Positions 15,408 to 24,722 of a stretch of 44,394 nucleotides of DNA are shown here, piece after piece. The position numbers were made by a program, and so were the translations under genes. The stretch lies in sequence record SRR22947727_1615, one strand, 5' to 3'. The notes under the pieces were generated by a model. It ran no database searches, was not told the DNA's origin, and worked only from the letters and a program-made list of their open reading frames with translations. How positions within the stretch are numbered: position 1 is the first letter of the stretch; each line of letters starts with the position of its first letter.

Positions 15408-16595
15408 TTACGACGTGTGATCATAGGCGCGCTCGCCATGGGCGGCCAGATCAAGCCCGGTGTATTCGTCTTCTTCACTGACCCGCAGAGGGGTCACGAG
15501 AGACACGAGCTTGACCAGCACCACGGTGACAACCACCGTGAAGATGCCGACAATGACAAGGCTGCCAATTTGTGCGACCCATGCGCCTGCTCCAAAGACT
15601 GCGATCATGATGGTTCCAAAGATCCCGCCGACACCGTGGACGGCGAAGACGTCCAATGTATCGTCTATTTTCAGGCTGTTGCGCACCAGATTTACCGCTT
15701 CCTGGCACAGGATGCCTGCGACTGAACCGATGAGGAGTGCCTCAATTGGACCAACGAAGCCAGAAGCTGGTGTGATCGAGGCCAGCCCTGCAATCGTGCC
15801 GGTGACCATACCCACGAGTGAGGCTTTGCCGTATTTGATCCGCTCCCAGAGCGCCCAGGTGAGCGAGGCCGCTGCGGCAGAAATATGCGTAACTGTCAAA
15901 GCCATAGCTGCACCGCCATCGGCCGCCAATTGCGATCCGCCGTTAAAGCCGAACCAACCAACCCAAAGCATCGCAGCCCCGAGCATGACAAAGCCAGGGT
16001 TATGCGGCGGGGTGGTTGTATTGCGCCGCGCGCCAAGCATCACAGCAATGACCAATGCCGCCAGCCCGGCTGTTTCATGCACCACAACACCGCCCGCGAA
16101 ATCCTTTAATCCCGTCGTGCCAAACAGGCCGCCATCGGCCAGGAAGCCGCCGCCCCAGACCCAATGGACAACCGGCGCATAGCAAAGCAGCATCCAAAGT
16201 CCGGAAAATGTCATCACAAACCCAAAGCTAATCCGCTCGACATAGGCGCCGACGATCAAGGCGGGGGTGATGATGGCGAAGGTCATTTGAAAGGCAAAGA
16301 ACAGAACCTCTGGCAGGGTGGTGCCATCGCGGACCGTACTGGCGTCAACACCGTTCAGGAACACATGGCTCAGACCGCCCCAATAGCCGGAGGTGCCAGA
16401 CCCGAAGGCGATGGAATAGCCGAAGGCCAACCAAAGCACACTCATGAGACAAGCAATGCCGAAACATTGCATAAACACGCTCAGAACATTCCGCGCGCGC
16501 ACCAGCCCCCCGTAAAACAGAGCCAGCCCAGGCAGTGTCATGAATAGCACCAATGCCGTGGCAACAATAATCCAAGCTGTATCAGCAGCGTTCAT
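15408..16595 (-). CDS. amtB: Ammonium transporter
   Basis: PGLALFYGG, FQMTFAIIT, DFAGGVVVH, GWFGFNGGS, DDTLDVFAVHG, HGERAY. Confidence 0.97.
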   Translation of the reverse strand: MNAADTAWIIVATALVLFMTLPGLALFYGGLVRARNVLSVFMQCFGIACLMSVLWLAFGYSIAFGSGTSGYWGGLSHVFLNGVDASTVRDGTTLPEVLFFAFQMTFAIITPALIVGAYVERISFGFVMTFSGLWMLLCYAPVVHWVWGGGFLADGGLFGTTGLKDFAGGVVVHETAGLAALVIAVMLGARRNTTTPPHNPGFVMLGAAMLWVGWFGFNGGSQLAADGGAAMALTVTHISAAAASLTWALWERIKYGKASLVGMVTGTIAGLASITPASGFVGPIEALLIGSVAGILCQEAVNLVRNSLKIDDTLDVFAVHGVGGIFGTIMIAVFGAGAWVAQIGSLVIVGIFTVVVTVVLVKLVSLVTPLRVSEEDEYTGLDLAAHGERAYDHTS

Positions 16596-16697
16596 AGTAA
16601 CCTCCTAAATCACGTGCCGGCCTTCTCGACCATAAGCGCAGGTGATGGAAAGGGTCATGCCGAGCGCGCTGATGTTTTTCAGGGTTTATTCAAAGTT

Positions 16698-16714
16698 TGC
16701 ATAAATTTTGGGCG
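16698..16714. promoter_or_regulatory. NtrC-box-like site upstream of amtB
   Basis: TGCATAAATTTTGGGCG (GC-N11-GC with AT-rich centre). Confidence 0.5.
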
Positions 16715-16735
16715 AAAATAACGCGCCGGGTTTAA

Positions 16736-17215
16736 TCAATGGGCTAAGTTGAGATGCACATGGATTAAGTTTAAGGCATGATTTAAAGCAGCCTGGCGCA
16801 CCGCGGCCCGGCCGAGCGCGCCAAAGTCCTGGGTTTCGCTTTGGGTGCCCTGAGCGCTGGCCAGGGCAAAACATACGCGGCCCTCGGGCTTAAATTCAGA
16901 GCCGCCCGGCCCCGCAATGCCGCTGACTGAGATTGCAATATCGGCCTGCGACTGGCGCAATGCGCCTTCAGCCATTTCGCGCGCCACGGGTTCCGAGACC
17001 GCGCCGTAATCGGCAAGGGTCTTGTGGCGCACCCCAAGCATCTTCTGCTTTGCCCCATTGGAATAGGTGACAAAGCCCTGTTCAAATATGGCTGAACTGC
17101 CGGCAATATCTGTCAAAGCGGCGCTAATCATCCCGCCTGTGCAGCTTTCGGCACAGGTGATTTTCAAGCCCAAAGCCTGGGTCCTGCGCAAGATTTCTTC
17201 GGCGATAGGGTTCAT
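16736..17215 (-). CDS. cinA: CinA C-terminal domain / NMN deamidase (PncC-like)
   Basis: AESCTGG, GSS..F..GFVTYSN, GAVSE, SGIAGPGG. Confidence 0.93.
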   Translation of the reverse strand: MNPIAEEILRRTQALGLKITCAESCTGGMISAALTDIAGSSAIFEQGFVTYSNGAKQKMLGVRHKTLADYGAVSEPVAREMAEGALRQSQADIAISVSGIAGPGGSEFKPEGRVCFALASAQGTQSETQDFGALGRAAVRQAALNHALNLIHVHLNLAH

Positions 17216-17673
17216 AAGGCCACCATCACAAGCGCCATGGCCAAGGCTACCATCACCCCGGCAATGATATCATCGAGCATAACGCCAAGAGGGCCAACAA
17301 GACGATCGGCCCATCCGACCAAACCTGGTTTTGTGATATCAAACAGGCGAAAGGCGACAAAACCGAACACATAATAGAAAGCGGCGCTGTCAAAGGGTAG
17401 GGGCCAAATCGCCAGCGGCAGCAAGGCAATCCATTGCCCGGCCACCTCGTCAATGACAATTTCCGAAGGATCATGGTCGCTTTTTCCAGCTGTTTCGCGC
17501 GCTGTGGCCCAATAGCCCAGCAGGCAAGCCAGGAAAATTCCAATGCAAAGCCCAATGAGCCCCGCGCCATTTATCACAGCGGCGCCACTGATCAACGCGG
17601 CCAAGCTGCCCCAGCTGCCCGGAGCCGGGCGCAAATGCCCGATGTAAAAAAAGGTGGCAATTATATGGCTCAT
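17212..17673 (-). CDS. pgpA: Phosphatidylglycerophosphatase A
   Basis: PAPGSWGS, DPSEIVIDEVAGQ, FRLFDITKP, GVMLDDIIAG; start coupled to the ispDF stop. Confidence 0.95.
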   Translation of the reverse strand: MSHIIATFFYIGHLRPAPGSWGSLAALISGAAVINGAGLIGLCIGIFLACLLGYWATARETAGKSDHDPSEIVIDEVAGQWIALLPLAIWPLPFDSAAFYYVFGFVAFRLFDITKPGLVGWADRLVGPLGVMLDDIIAGVMVALAMALVMVAL

Positions 17674-18812
17674 TGGCTCACCAAGGCCGCGGTGGCGATG
17701 GCTGCAATGCCCTCTTCGCGCCCCGTAAACCCAAGGGTTTCTGACGTGGTGGCTTTGATGGAGACTTGATCGCACTCCAGACCCATGATCTGTGCCATCC
17801 GCGCCTGCATCGCTTGTGCATGGGGGCCGATTTTTGGAAATTCGCAAATCAAGGTGCAATCCACGTTTTCAATGTGAAAGCCAAGGTCTTTGGCCAGCTG
17901 CACCGCGTGTTTTAGGAAAATATCCGAGGGGGCGCCCTTCCATTGGGGATCCGAGGGTGGAAAATGTTGACCAATATCGCCGCGTGCCAATGCGCCATAA
18001 ATGGCATCGGTCACCGCATGCATCCCAACATCTGCATCCGAATGGCCCAGCAGACCGGCCTTATGGGGCAGGGTGACACCGCAAAGCGTGATCTCTGTAC
18101 CCGGTCCAAATTTATGAACGTCAAACCCGTTGCCCAAACGTAGTTTCATGCGGCCTCGCAAAATTCGTTCCGCCCGGGCAAAGTCACCGGGCACTGTTAC
18201 TTTCAGATTATCGGCCTCTCCGGGGACAATGGCAACCGGGTGTCCCGCGGCGCGAACAACTTGCACATCATCCGTCGCCGGGTCTGTCGCGGCCGCATGT
18301 GCCGCATAAATCACCGGATAAGAAAAGCACTGGGGCGTTTGGGCCCGCCATAGATCACTGCGATCTACTTGCGCCGTCACTATATCACCGCCGCGCCACA
18401 AGGTATCTTGCACCGCGACTGCGGGCGCCGCTGCGCCCTGGGCGCACATGGCCTCAACGCAATGAGAGATCACTGAGTGGGTCACACATGGGCGGGCGGC
18501 ATCATGGATCAAAACATAGTCTGGGGCCTGATCCTTGAGCGCCTCAAGGGCGCAACGCACAGAATCGTCGCGGTTTGCGCCGCCGTGCAGGGAGCGCACC
18601 GCTGCCGGCAGCTGCGCGATCCGATCTTGATCGTCCGGGTGATGCACCACCACGACCGCATCGATGTCCGCGTGAGACATAAACGCATCGATAGACCAAG
18701 CTATCAGTGGCCTGCCCAGGAGCATTCGCCATTGTTTCGGCACTGTGCCGCCAGCGCGCGTGCCACGGCCGGCCGCCAGTACGATCGCGATAGTTTTGGG
18801 TGCATCTGTCAT
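17670..18812 (-). CDS. ispDF: Bifunctional IspD/IspF
   Basis: LAAGRGTR, IHDAARP, AQTPQ; GNGFDVH, GHSDADV, KATTSE. Confidence 0.97.
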   Translation of the reverse strand: MTDAPKTIAIVLAAGRGTRAGGTVPKQWRMLLGRPLIAWSIDAFMSHADIDAVVVVHHPDDQDRIAQLPAAVRSLHGGANRDDSVRCALEALKDQAPDYVLIHDAARPCVTHSVISHCVEAMCAQGAAAPAVAVQDTLWRGGDIVTAQVDRSDLWRAQTPQCFSYPVIYAAHAAATDPATDDVQVVRAAGHPVAIVPGEADNLKVTVPGDFARAERILRGRMKLRLGNGFDVHKFGPGTEITLCGVTLPHKAGLLGHSDADVGMHAVTDAIYGALARGDIGQHFPPSDPQWKGAPSDIFLKHAVQLAKDLGFHIENVDCTLICEFPKIGPHAQAMQARMAQIMGLECDQVSIKATTSETLGFTGREEGIAAIATAALVSQ

Positions 18813-18870
18813 AGGTTGTGCTTATATCTTTTGATTTTCTGCATGCAATCCTTGGTTTTGGCTGGATTTT

Positions 18871-18887
18871 TGCTTAATTTTTGTGCA
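18871..18887. promoter_or_regulatory. NtrC-box-like site upstream of dusB-ntrBC
   Basis: TGCTTAATTTTTGTGCA (TGC-N11-GCA). Confidence 0.6.
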
Positions 18888-18977
18888 AATGTATAAAAAT
18901 GCGGATGTAACGTAACGAAGGGCTTGTCGCCCGCGGGTCAGATCGTGTGAGTTTGTTGAGCGTTTGGAGATGAAATC

Positions 18978-19964
18978 TTGACCTTCGTATTGGGAAATCA
19001 ACCAGTTTTTCCTCCTGTTCTGTTGGCCCCTCTGGCCGGCATCACAGATGTGCCTTTTCGCAATTTGGTTCAGTCCTTTGGGGCTGGTCTTGTAGTGTCC
19101 GAAATGGTGGCCAGCCACGAGATGGTGCAAAAAAAGCCAGGTGTGCGCGAAAGAGCGGAGCTTGGTTTTGGGATCGAAAGCACCTCGGTGCAAATTGCCG
19201 GATGTGACGCCTATTTGATGGCCGAAGCGGCCCGGATGATTGAGGCCAATGGCGCAAAAATAATCGACATTAACATGGGCTGTCCTGCCAAAAAGGTCAC
19301 CAGCGGCCAGTCAGGCTCGGCGCTCATGCGCACACCAGATTTTGCCTTGGAGCTGGTCGAGGCGGTTGTGCAAGCCACATCGCTGGACGTCACTTTGAAA
19401 ATGCGCCTGGGGTGGGATGATAACAGCCTCAACGCCCCAGAGATCGCCAAAAGGGCTGAGGCTGCGGGTGTGAAAATGATCACAGTGCATGGGCGGACGC
19501 GCTGCCAGTTTTACAAAGGCGCAGCTGATTGGCAGGCCATTGGCCGGGTGAAGCGGGCTGTGTCCATTCCCGTCATTGCCAATGGCGATATTGTGGATGT
19601 GACCTCTGCGCGCCAAGCTTTGCAGCAATCGGGCGCCGATGGGGTCATGGTGGGGCGCGGGGCGCAGGGCGCGCCTTGGCGATTGGCGCAAATCGCGTCA
19701 GCGCTCTATGGCACGCCGGCGCCAAAGATCCCCCGCGGTTCAGACCTGGCACAGGTAATTTTACAGCATCATCAGGCAATCGTGGACTTCTATGGGGGCA
19801 CGCTTGGGCTGAAAAACGCCCGCAAGCATTTGGGTTGGTATTTAGATGGCTTGAATGTGGCTCCTGAGCTGCGCCAGTCGGTATTGAGATCCTTTGATCT
19901 GGCTGAAATTCGCGAGCTGATCTGGCGCGCCGTCGAGATGCCTTCCGCAGGTGTGGCCGCGTGA
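18978..19964 (+). CDS. dusB: tRNA dihydrouridine synthase B (NifR3)
   Basis: LAPLAGITD, DINMGCP, TVHGRT, NGDI; precedes ntrBC. Confidence 0.95.
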   Translation: MTFVLGNQPVFPPVLLAPLAGITDVPFRNLVQSFGAGLVVSEMVASHEMVQKKPGVRERAELGFGIESTSVQIAGCDAYLMAEAARMIEANGAKIIDINMGCPAKKVTSGQSGSALMRTPDFALELVEAVVQATSLDVTLKMRLGWDDNSLNAPEIAKRAEAAGVKMITVHGRTRCQFYKGAADWQAIGRVKRAVSIPVIANGDIVDVTSARQALQQSGADGVMVGRGAQGAPWRLAQIASALYGTPAPKIPRGSDLAQVILQHHQAIVDFYGGTLGLKNARKHLGWYLDGLNVAPELRQSVLRSFDLAEIRELIWRAVEMPSAGVAA

Positions 19965-21025
19965 GCCTGTATCGAGAACTTTGGTCACAGCTTCCAATCC
20001 CCGCCTTGCTGGTGACGGGCGATGATACCGTGCAAGAGCTGAACCTGGCCGCCGAACAATTTCTCGGAATTTCTGCCAAGGTTATCCTAGGTCAACCCAT
20101 TTGGAACTACCTGAGGGGGGAGGAGCTTTTGCCAGCAGGCCTAGAGCGGGCACGCGCGACCTCACGGCCCATCGTTATTTCGCAGATCACAACCCACGGT
20201 CGCACAACGGCACCCCAGACCTGTGCAGTCCATCTTTGTCCGATGACAGGGGCAGAGGGGCAGATCATGATTTTGCTCATTGCACATGAAACGCTCGGCG
20301 GTCGTTTTGGAGAAACCGCGCCGCTCTCGGCCGCGCATTCTGCCATTGGCATGGCCGAAATGCTGGCCCATGAGATCAAAAATCCCCTGGCCGGGATCAC
20401 GGGCGCGGCGCAGTTTTTGTCATTGTCTCTGCCGGCTGAAGATCTTGAAATGACGGATCTGATCGTCGAAGAAAGCAAACGCATTGTCAGCCTTCTCGAT
20501 CAGGTGGAACAATTCGGCGATGTCACGCCGCCAAGTTGTGCTTTCGTCAATATTCATGATGTGCTCGATCGGGCCGCACGCTCGGCCGTGTTTGGATTTG
20601 CTGGCGACATCCAGATTCACAAGACCTATGACCCCTCCCTACCGGAAGTCTGGGCAGATGCGGATAAAATGGTGCAGGTCTTTCTGAATTTGGTCAAAAA
20701 CGCCTGTGAGGCTTTGGGTCCAGAGGGAAAAGTGACTATTCGCACCTTCTATGACCCAAGCGTGCGCCTGCCTCTGCCGGATGGAACAGGGCGCCGCCTG
20801 CCTTTGCATGTGGAGATCATCGACAACGGCCCGGGTTTGCCGAAGGCGTTGGCCAATCATGTTTTTGAGCCCTTTGTGACCACAAAAAACAATGGCAAGG
20901 GGCTCGGATTGGCCTTGGTGTCCAAAATAATTGCCCAGCATCGCGCGTGGATCAGCGTCGCCTCACAGCCAGGTCATACGATTTTCAGAGTATCATTGTC
21001 GGTACATAACGAGAGTAGGAGTTAA
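19961..21025 (+). CDS. ntrB: Nitrogen regulation sensor kinase NtrB
   Basis: LAHEIKNPLAGITGAAQ, DNGPG, FEPFVTTK, GLGL. Confidence 0.93.
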   Translation: MSLYRELWSQLPIPALLVTGDDTVQELNLAAEQFLGISAKVILGQPIWNYLRGEELLPAGLERARATSRPIVISQITTHGRTTAPQTCAVHLCPMTGAEGQIMILLIAHETLGGRFGETAPLSAAHSAIGMAEMLAHEIKNPLAGITGAAQFLSLSLPAEDLEMTDLIVEESKRIVSLLDQVEQFGDVTPPSCAFVNIHDVLDRAARSAVFGFAGDIQIHKTYDPSLPEVWADADKMVQVFLNLVKNACEALGPEGKVTIRTFYDPSVRLPLPDGTGRRLPLHVEIIDNGPGLPKALANHVFEPFVTTKNNGKGLGLALVSKIIAQHRAWISVASQPGHTIFRVSLSVHNESRS

Positions 21026-21029
21026 CGCT

Positions 21030-22388
21030 ATGGATGGAACGGTTCTAATCGCAGATGACGACCGAACGATTCGAACGGTCCTAACTCAGGCCTTCACCCG
21101 GGCGGGATGTAAAGTCCACGCGACGTCATCGCTGGTCACTTTGATGCGCTGGGTCGAGGATGGCAAAGGGGATTTGGTGGTGTCGGATGTGGTTATGCCC
21201 GATGGCAACGGCCTTGAGAATTTGCCACAAATCACCAAACTGCGCCCCAATCTTCCGGTCATTATTATCTCTGCTCAAAACACAATCGTGACGGCCATTC
21301 GCGCCAATGAGGCCAAAGCTTTTGACTACCTGCCCAAACCCTTCGACTTGCCCGAGTTAATGCATCGCGCGGCCAAAGCCTTGGAGCGCCGTCATCCGCC
21401 GCAAGTGTCCGGGGATGTGGCCGAGGTGCAGGATGCTGAAATCCCGTTGGTTGGGCAATCGACGGCGATGCAAACGCTTTATCGGTTAATCGCACGCGCT
21501 ATGAACGCGCCGGCGCCTGTGCTGGTGTTGGGCGAGGCTGGCACGGGAAAGTCCTTGATCGCTTCCAGTCTGCACAAGTTTTCGAAACGTGCCGATCAAC
21601 CGATGGTGGTTTTGCATCCAGAGATGATGGAAAGCCAATCTACCATTCGTGATGCGCTCATGCGCTGCGGGTCTGGCACATTGATCTTGGATGGGGTGAG
21701 CGACTTGAGCCCAGCGGCGCAACTGCGATTGCTGCATATATTGGGGGAGCCGGGCGACCAAAACCTGCGTTTGGTCTCAACCGCTGCGCCAAATATTCTG
21801 GCAGATGTTCAAAATGGAAATTTCAGGAATGATCTGTTTTTTCGCCTGTCTAGCCTACAGCTGACCGTTCCGGCCTTGCGTGAGCGGGTTGAGGATATTT
21901 CAGTCTTGGCCCAGCATTTCATTGCGACGTTGCAAGCGGAAATAAAGTTTGAGCTCAGCCAGGCCGGCGCTGCGGCCCTGCGCGATTTCAATTGGCCGGG
22001 CAATGTGCGCCAATTGCAGAACGTCATCGGCCAATTGATGATGGAGTCCCCCAACACATTGCTTGATGGCAATGCTGTGAAGGAGGTTTTGAAAAAAGCT
22101 GGGCCGAGCAACGCGATCAGTGCGTTGTTACCCTCTGAAAGTCTGGCCGAATCCGTTGGGCTGCATGTGCAGCGGTATTTTGATCTTCACGGTGCGAACC
22201 TGCCTCCAGACGGGGTGTATCAAAGAATTTTGCGCGAAATTGAAGTTCCTGTGATTGAGATTTCACTTGCGGCCACCTCCGGCAACCAAGCCAAATGTGC
22301 CGATTTGCTCGGCATTAATCGCAATACCCTGCGCAAAAAAATCAACGACCTTGAAATTGTCGTGACACGCCGACGCAAAATGATGTAA
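21030..22388 (+). CDS. ntrC: Nitrogen regulation response regulator NtrC (GAFTGA-less)
   Basis: REC domain (ADDD, SDVVMPD), GEAGTGKS, WPGNVRQL, GNQAKCADLLGINRNTLRKK; AGGAG RBS. Confidence 0.92.
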   Translation: MDGTVLIADDDRTIRTVLTQAFTRAGCKVHATSSLVTLMRWVEDGKGDLVVSDVVMPDGNGLENLPQITKLRPNLPVIIISAQNTIVTAIRANEAKAFDYLPKPFDLPELMHRAAKALERRHPPQVSGDVAEVQDAEIPLVGQSTAMQTLYRLIARAMNAPAPVLVLGEAGTGKSLIASSLHKFSKRADQPMVVLHPEMMESQSTIRDALMRCGSGTLILDGVSDLSPAAQLRLLHILGEPGDQNLRLVSTAAPNILADVQNGNFRNDLFFRLSSLQLTVPALRERVEDISVLAQHFIATLQAEIKFELSQAGAAALRDFNWPGNVRQLQNVIGQLMMESPNTLLDGNAVKEVLKKAGPSNAISALLPSESLAESVGLHVQRYFDLHGANLPPDGVYQRILREIEVPVIEISLAATSGNQAKCADLLGINRNTLRKKINDLEIVVTRRRKMM

Positions 22389-22463
22389 AAGCGCAACAAG
22401 CGTGGCATTTTGGCACTTTTCCACAATGCGCAGGAATCGCGGTCATCAAAAGGGTCAGCAGAA

Positions 22464-24722
22464 ATGCGCCAAGGGCTTGTCAGTTCTTTATTAGACAAAA
22501 TGGCCGATCTGCGTGCGAACCCGCAGGTCAACTCGAACTTTACCTTTGTTTTGGTGGTTACGGGGCCTTTGCTGGTGTTCCTGACGTTCTATGCCATGCA
22601 GCCGATCAAAGGCGGGCGGGCATCGCTACGGTTTATTTTGACCGCTGATTTTGTTTATATTTTGTTTATCACAACATTGCTGATCCGCCGAATTGTCCAG
22701 CTGGCGGCCGCCCGCCGGGCGCAATCGGCAGGCTCGCGGTTGCATTTCCGCCTCACGACGGCCTTCGGGGTGATTGCGCTGTTCCCAACGATTTTGGTCG
22801 CCATATTTGCTGTGCTTTCGGTCAATCAGGCGCTGGAGGGGTGGTTTTCTGAAAGGGTGCGCAATGCGGTCGGTGCCTCTTTGAGTGCCGCGCAGGCCTA
22901 TGAGGCGCAGACTCGCAACGGGGTCATATCGGATACTAAAATTTTTGCGCAACGCCTTAATGATCTGAACCAAAATGAGTTTTTCTCCCGCAGCATAGAT
23001 ATGGACAGCCAACTCAGCCCGGCGCTCACCCGTCTTCAGACCCAGTTTGAACGCGGCTTTAAAGAGATCTACATCATCAACAATCTGGGAGAGTTGCGAC
23101 TGCGCGGACCGTCGTCCTATTTGTTTGATTACGAACAACCAACCGACGCGCAAATTATGGCCGCAGATGGGCTGGAGCTGGTGATTATGACAGATTGGCC
23201 CAGCAATGAGATGCGGGCCCTGATCCGATTGCAAACTTACACCAACCACTATCTTTACCTAACGCGCAGTGTTGAGGGATCTCTTTTGGCCTTGCTCGAA
23301 GAAACCACCGAAACCGCGCGCTACTATAATCAGCTTGAATCGGAACGCGGGCGGCTCTTGTTTGATTTTGGGCTTTTGTATCTGGCCTTTGCGGTGATTT
23401 TGATTTTGACCGCGACCTGGCTTGGGCTTTGGTTTGCTGAAAGATTGGCCAGTCCCGTGGGGCGCATGGCGGCGGCGGCGCAAAAGGTTGGGGCAGGGGA
23501 CTTAGACGCGCAGATCGAAAATATCAAAGGCGATGATGAGATCGCGATGCTGGCGCGTTACTTCAACCAAATGACCCATAGATTGAAAGGTCAACGCGAC
23601 ACCTTACTTAAGAGTGCTGATCAAGCGGAACGCCGAAGAAGATTGTTTGATTCCGTTCTGGCCTCTGTGACCTCCGGCGTGATTGGACTCGATCAAGCGG
23701 GCAATATTATGTTTTTAAACAAATCCGCCCAGCGGGTTTTGGATTTACCAGAGTCCGCTGAGCCGCGCGCGCTCTCGGAGGCGGTGCCTGAGTTGGCCAG
23801 TATGTTCACAGATTTCTGTTCAAGCCTGTCTGATGTGGCACAACGCGAAGTGCGGGTGGTGCGCCGTGGGAAGTTAGAGAGCCTTTTGGTACGCATTGCG
23901 CGCCGCTCGGGTGAGCTGTCTGATGCAGAGGGCTATGTGATTGCGCTGGAAGATGTCACGGATCTCGTCAGCGCACAGCGCATGGCCGCTTGGGGCGATG
24001 TCGCCCGGCGGATTGCTCATGAGATTAAGAACCCATTGACACCTATTCGACTGTCTGCGGAACGTATTAAACGCAAATTTTCACCACAGGTTGGCGAGGA
24101 GTCAGAGCAGCTGGAACGTATGACGGATGTCATTGTGCGCCAAACCAATGAGCTCAGCCGCATTGTCGACGAATTTTCGCAATTCGCGCGTATGCCGGAA
24201 CCAGATTGTCGCCACACGAATTTTGCTGACTTTCTCAAGGAGACGATCTTGTTGCAAGAAAGTGGACAGCCAGATGTGAAATTCACATTGGATCTGCCGA
24301 AAGAAGCGCTTTGGATTGATGCAGATGCTGCGATGATTGGCCGTGCTGTGACCAATTTGTTAAAGAACGCCGGCGAATCCATCGACGATAGAAAAGCGCA
24401 TCAGCCCGATCATATGGGCGAAATTCGCATTGCAGCGGCCCAAACAGATCGGTCGGTGGTTGTGGAGATATCGGACAACGGCGCAGGGCTGCCCGAAGAT
24501 CGCGCACGTCTGCTCGAACCCTATGTGACCAATCGCCTATCGGGAACGGGCCTTGGCCTGTCAATTGTAGTGAAAACCATCGAAGAACATGGAGGCACCT
24601 TTGCACTGACGGATGCGGAAGCCTTCCAAGAAGGCGACAGGCCAGGGGCAAAGGCAATCATTAGGCTGCCACGTCTGGCCGATAGCATCGCACAGAAAAT
24701 TGATCTAGGAATACCAGCATGA
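22464..24722 (+). CDS. ntrY: Sensor histidine kinase NtrY (start uncertain, 22410-22500)
   Basis: TM, HAMP and PAS regions; AWGDVARRIAHEIKNPLTPI. Confidence 0.93.
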   Translation: MRQGLVSSLLDKMADLRANPQVNSNFTFVLVVTGPLLVFLTFYAMQPIKGGRASLRFILTADFVYILFITTLLIRRIVQLAAARRAQSAGSRLHFRLTTAFGVIALFPTILVAIFAVLSVNQALEGWFSERVRNAVGASLSAAQAYEAQTRNGVISDTKIFAQRLNDLNQNEFFSRSIDMDSQLSPALTRLQTQFERGFKEIYIINNLGELRLRGPSSYLFDYEQPTDAQIMAADGLELVIMTDWPSNEMRALIRLQTYTNHYLYLTRSVEGSLLALLEETTETARYYNQLESERGRLLFDFGLLYLAFAVILILTATWLGLWFAERLASPVGRMAAAAQKVGAGDLDAQIENIKGDDEIAMLARYFNQMTHRLKGQRDTLLKSADQAERRRRLFDSVLASVTSGVIGLDQAGNIMFLNKSAQRVLDLPESAEPRALSEAVPELASMFTDFCSSLSDVAQREVRVVRRGKLESLLVRIARRSGELSDAEGYVIALEDVTDLVSAQRMAAWGDVARRIAHEIKNPLTPIRLSAERIKRKFSPQVGEESEQLERMTDVIVRQTNELSRIVDEFSQFARMPEPDCRHTNFADFLKETILLQESGQPDVKFTLDLPKEALWIDADAAMIGRAVTNLLKNAGESIDDRKAHQPDHMGEIRIAAAQTDRSVVVEISDNGAGLPEDRARLLEPYVTNRLSGTGLGLSIVVKTIEEHGGTFALTDAEAFQEGDRPGAKAIIRLPRLADSIAQKIDLGIPA

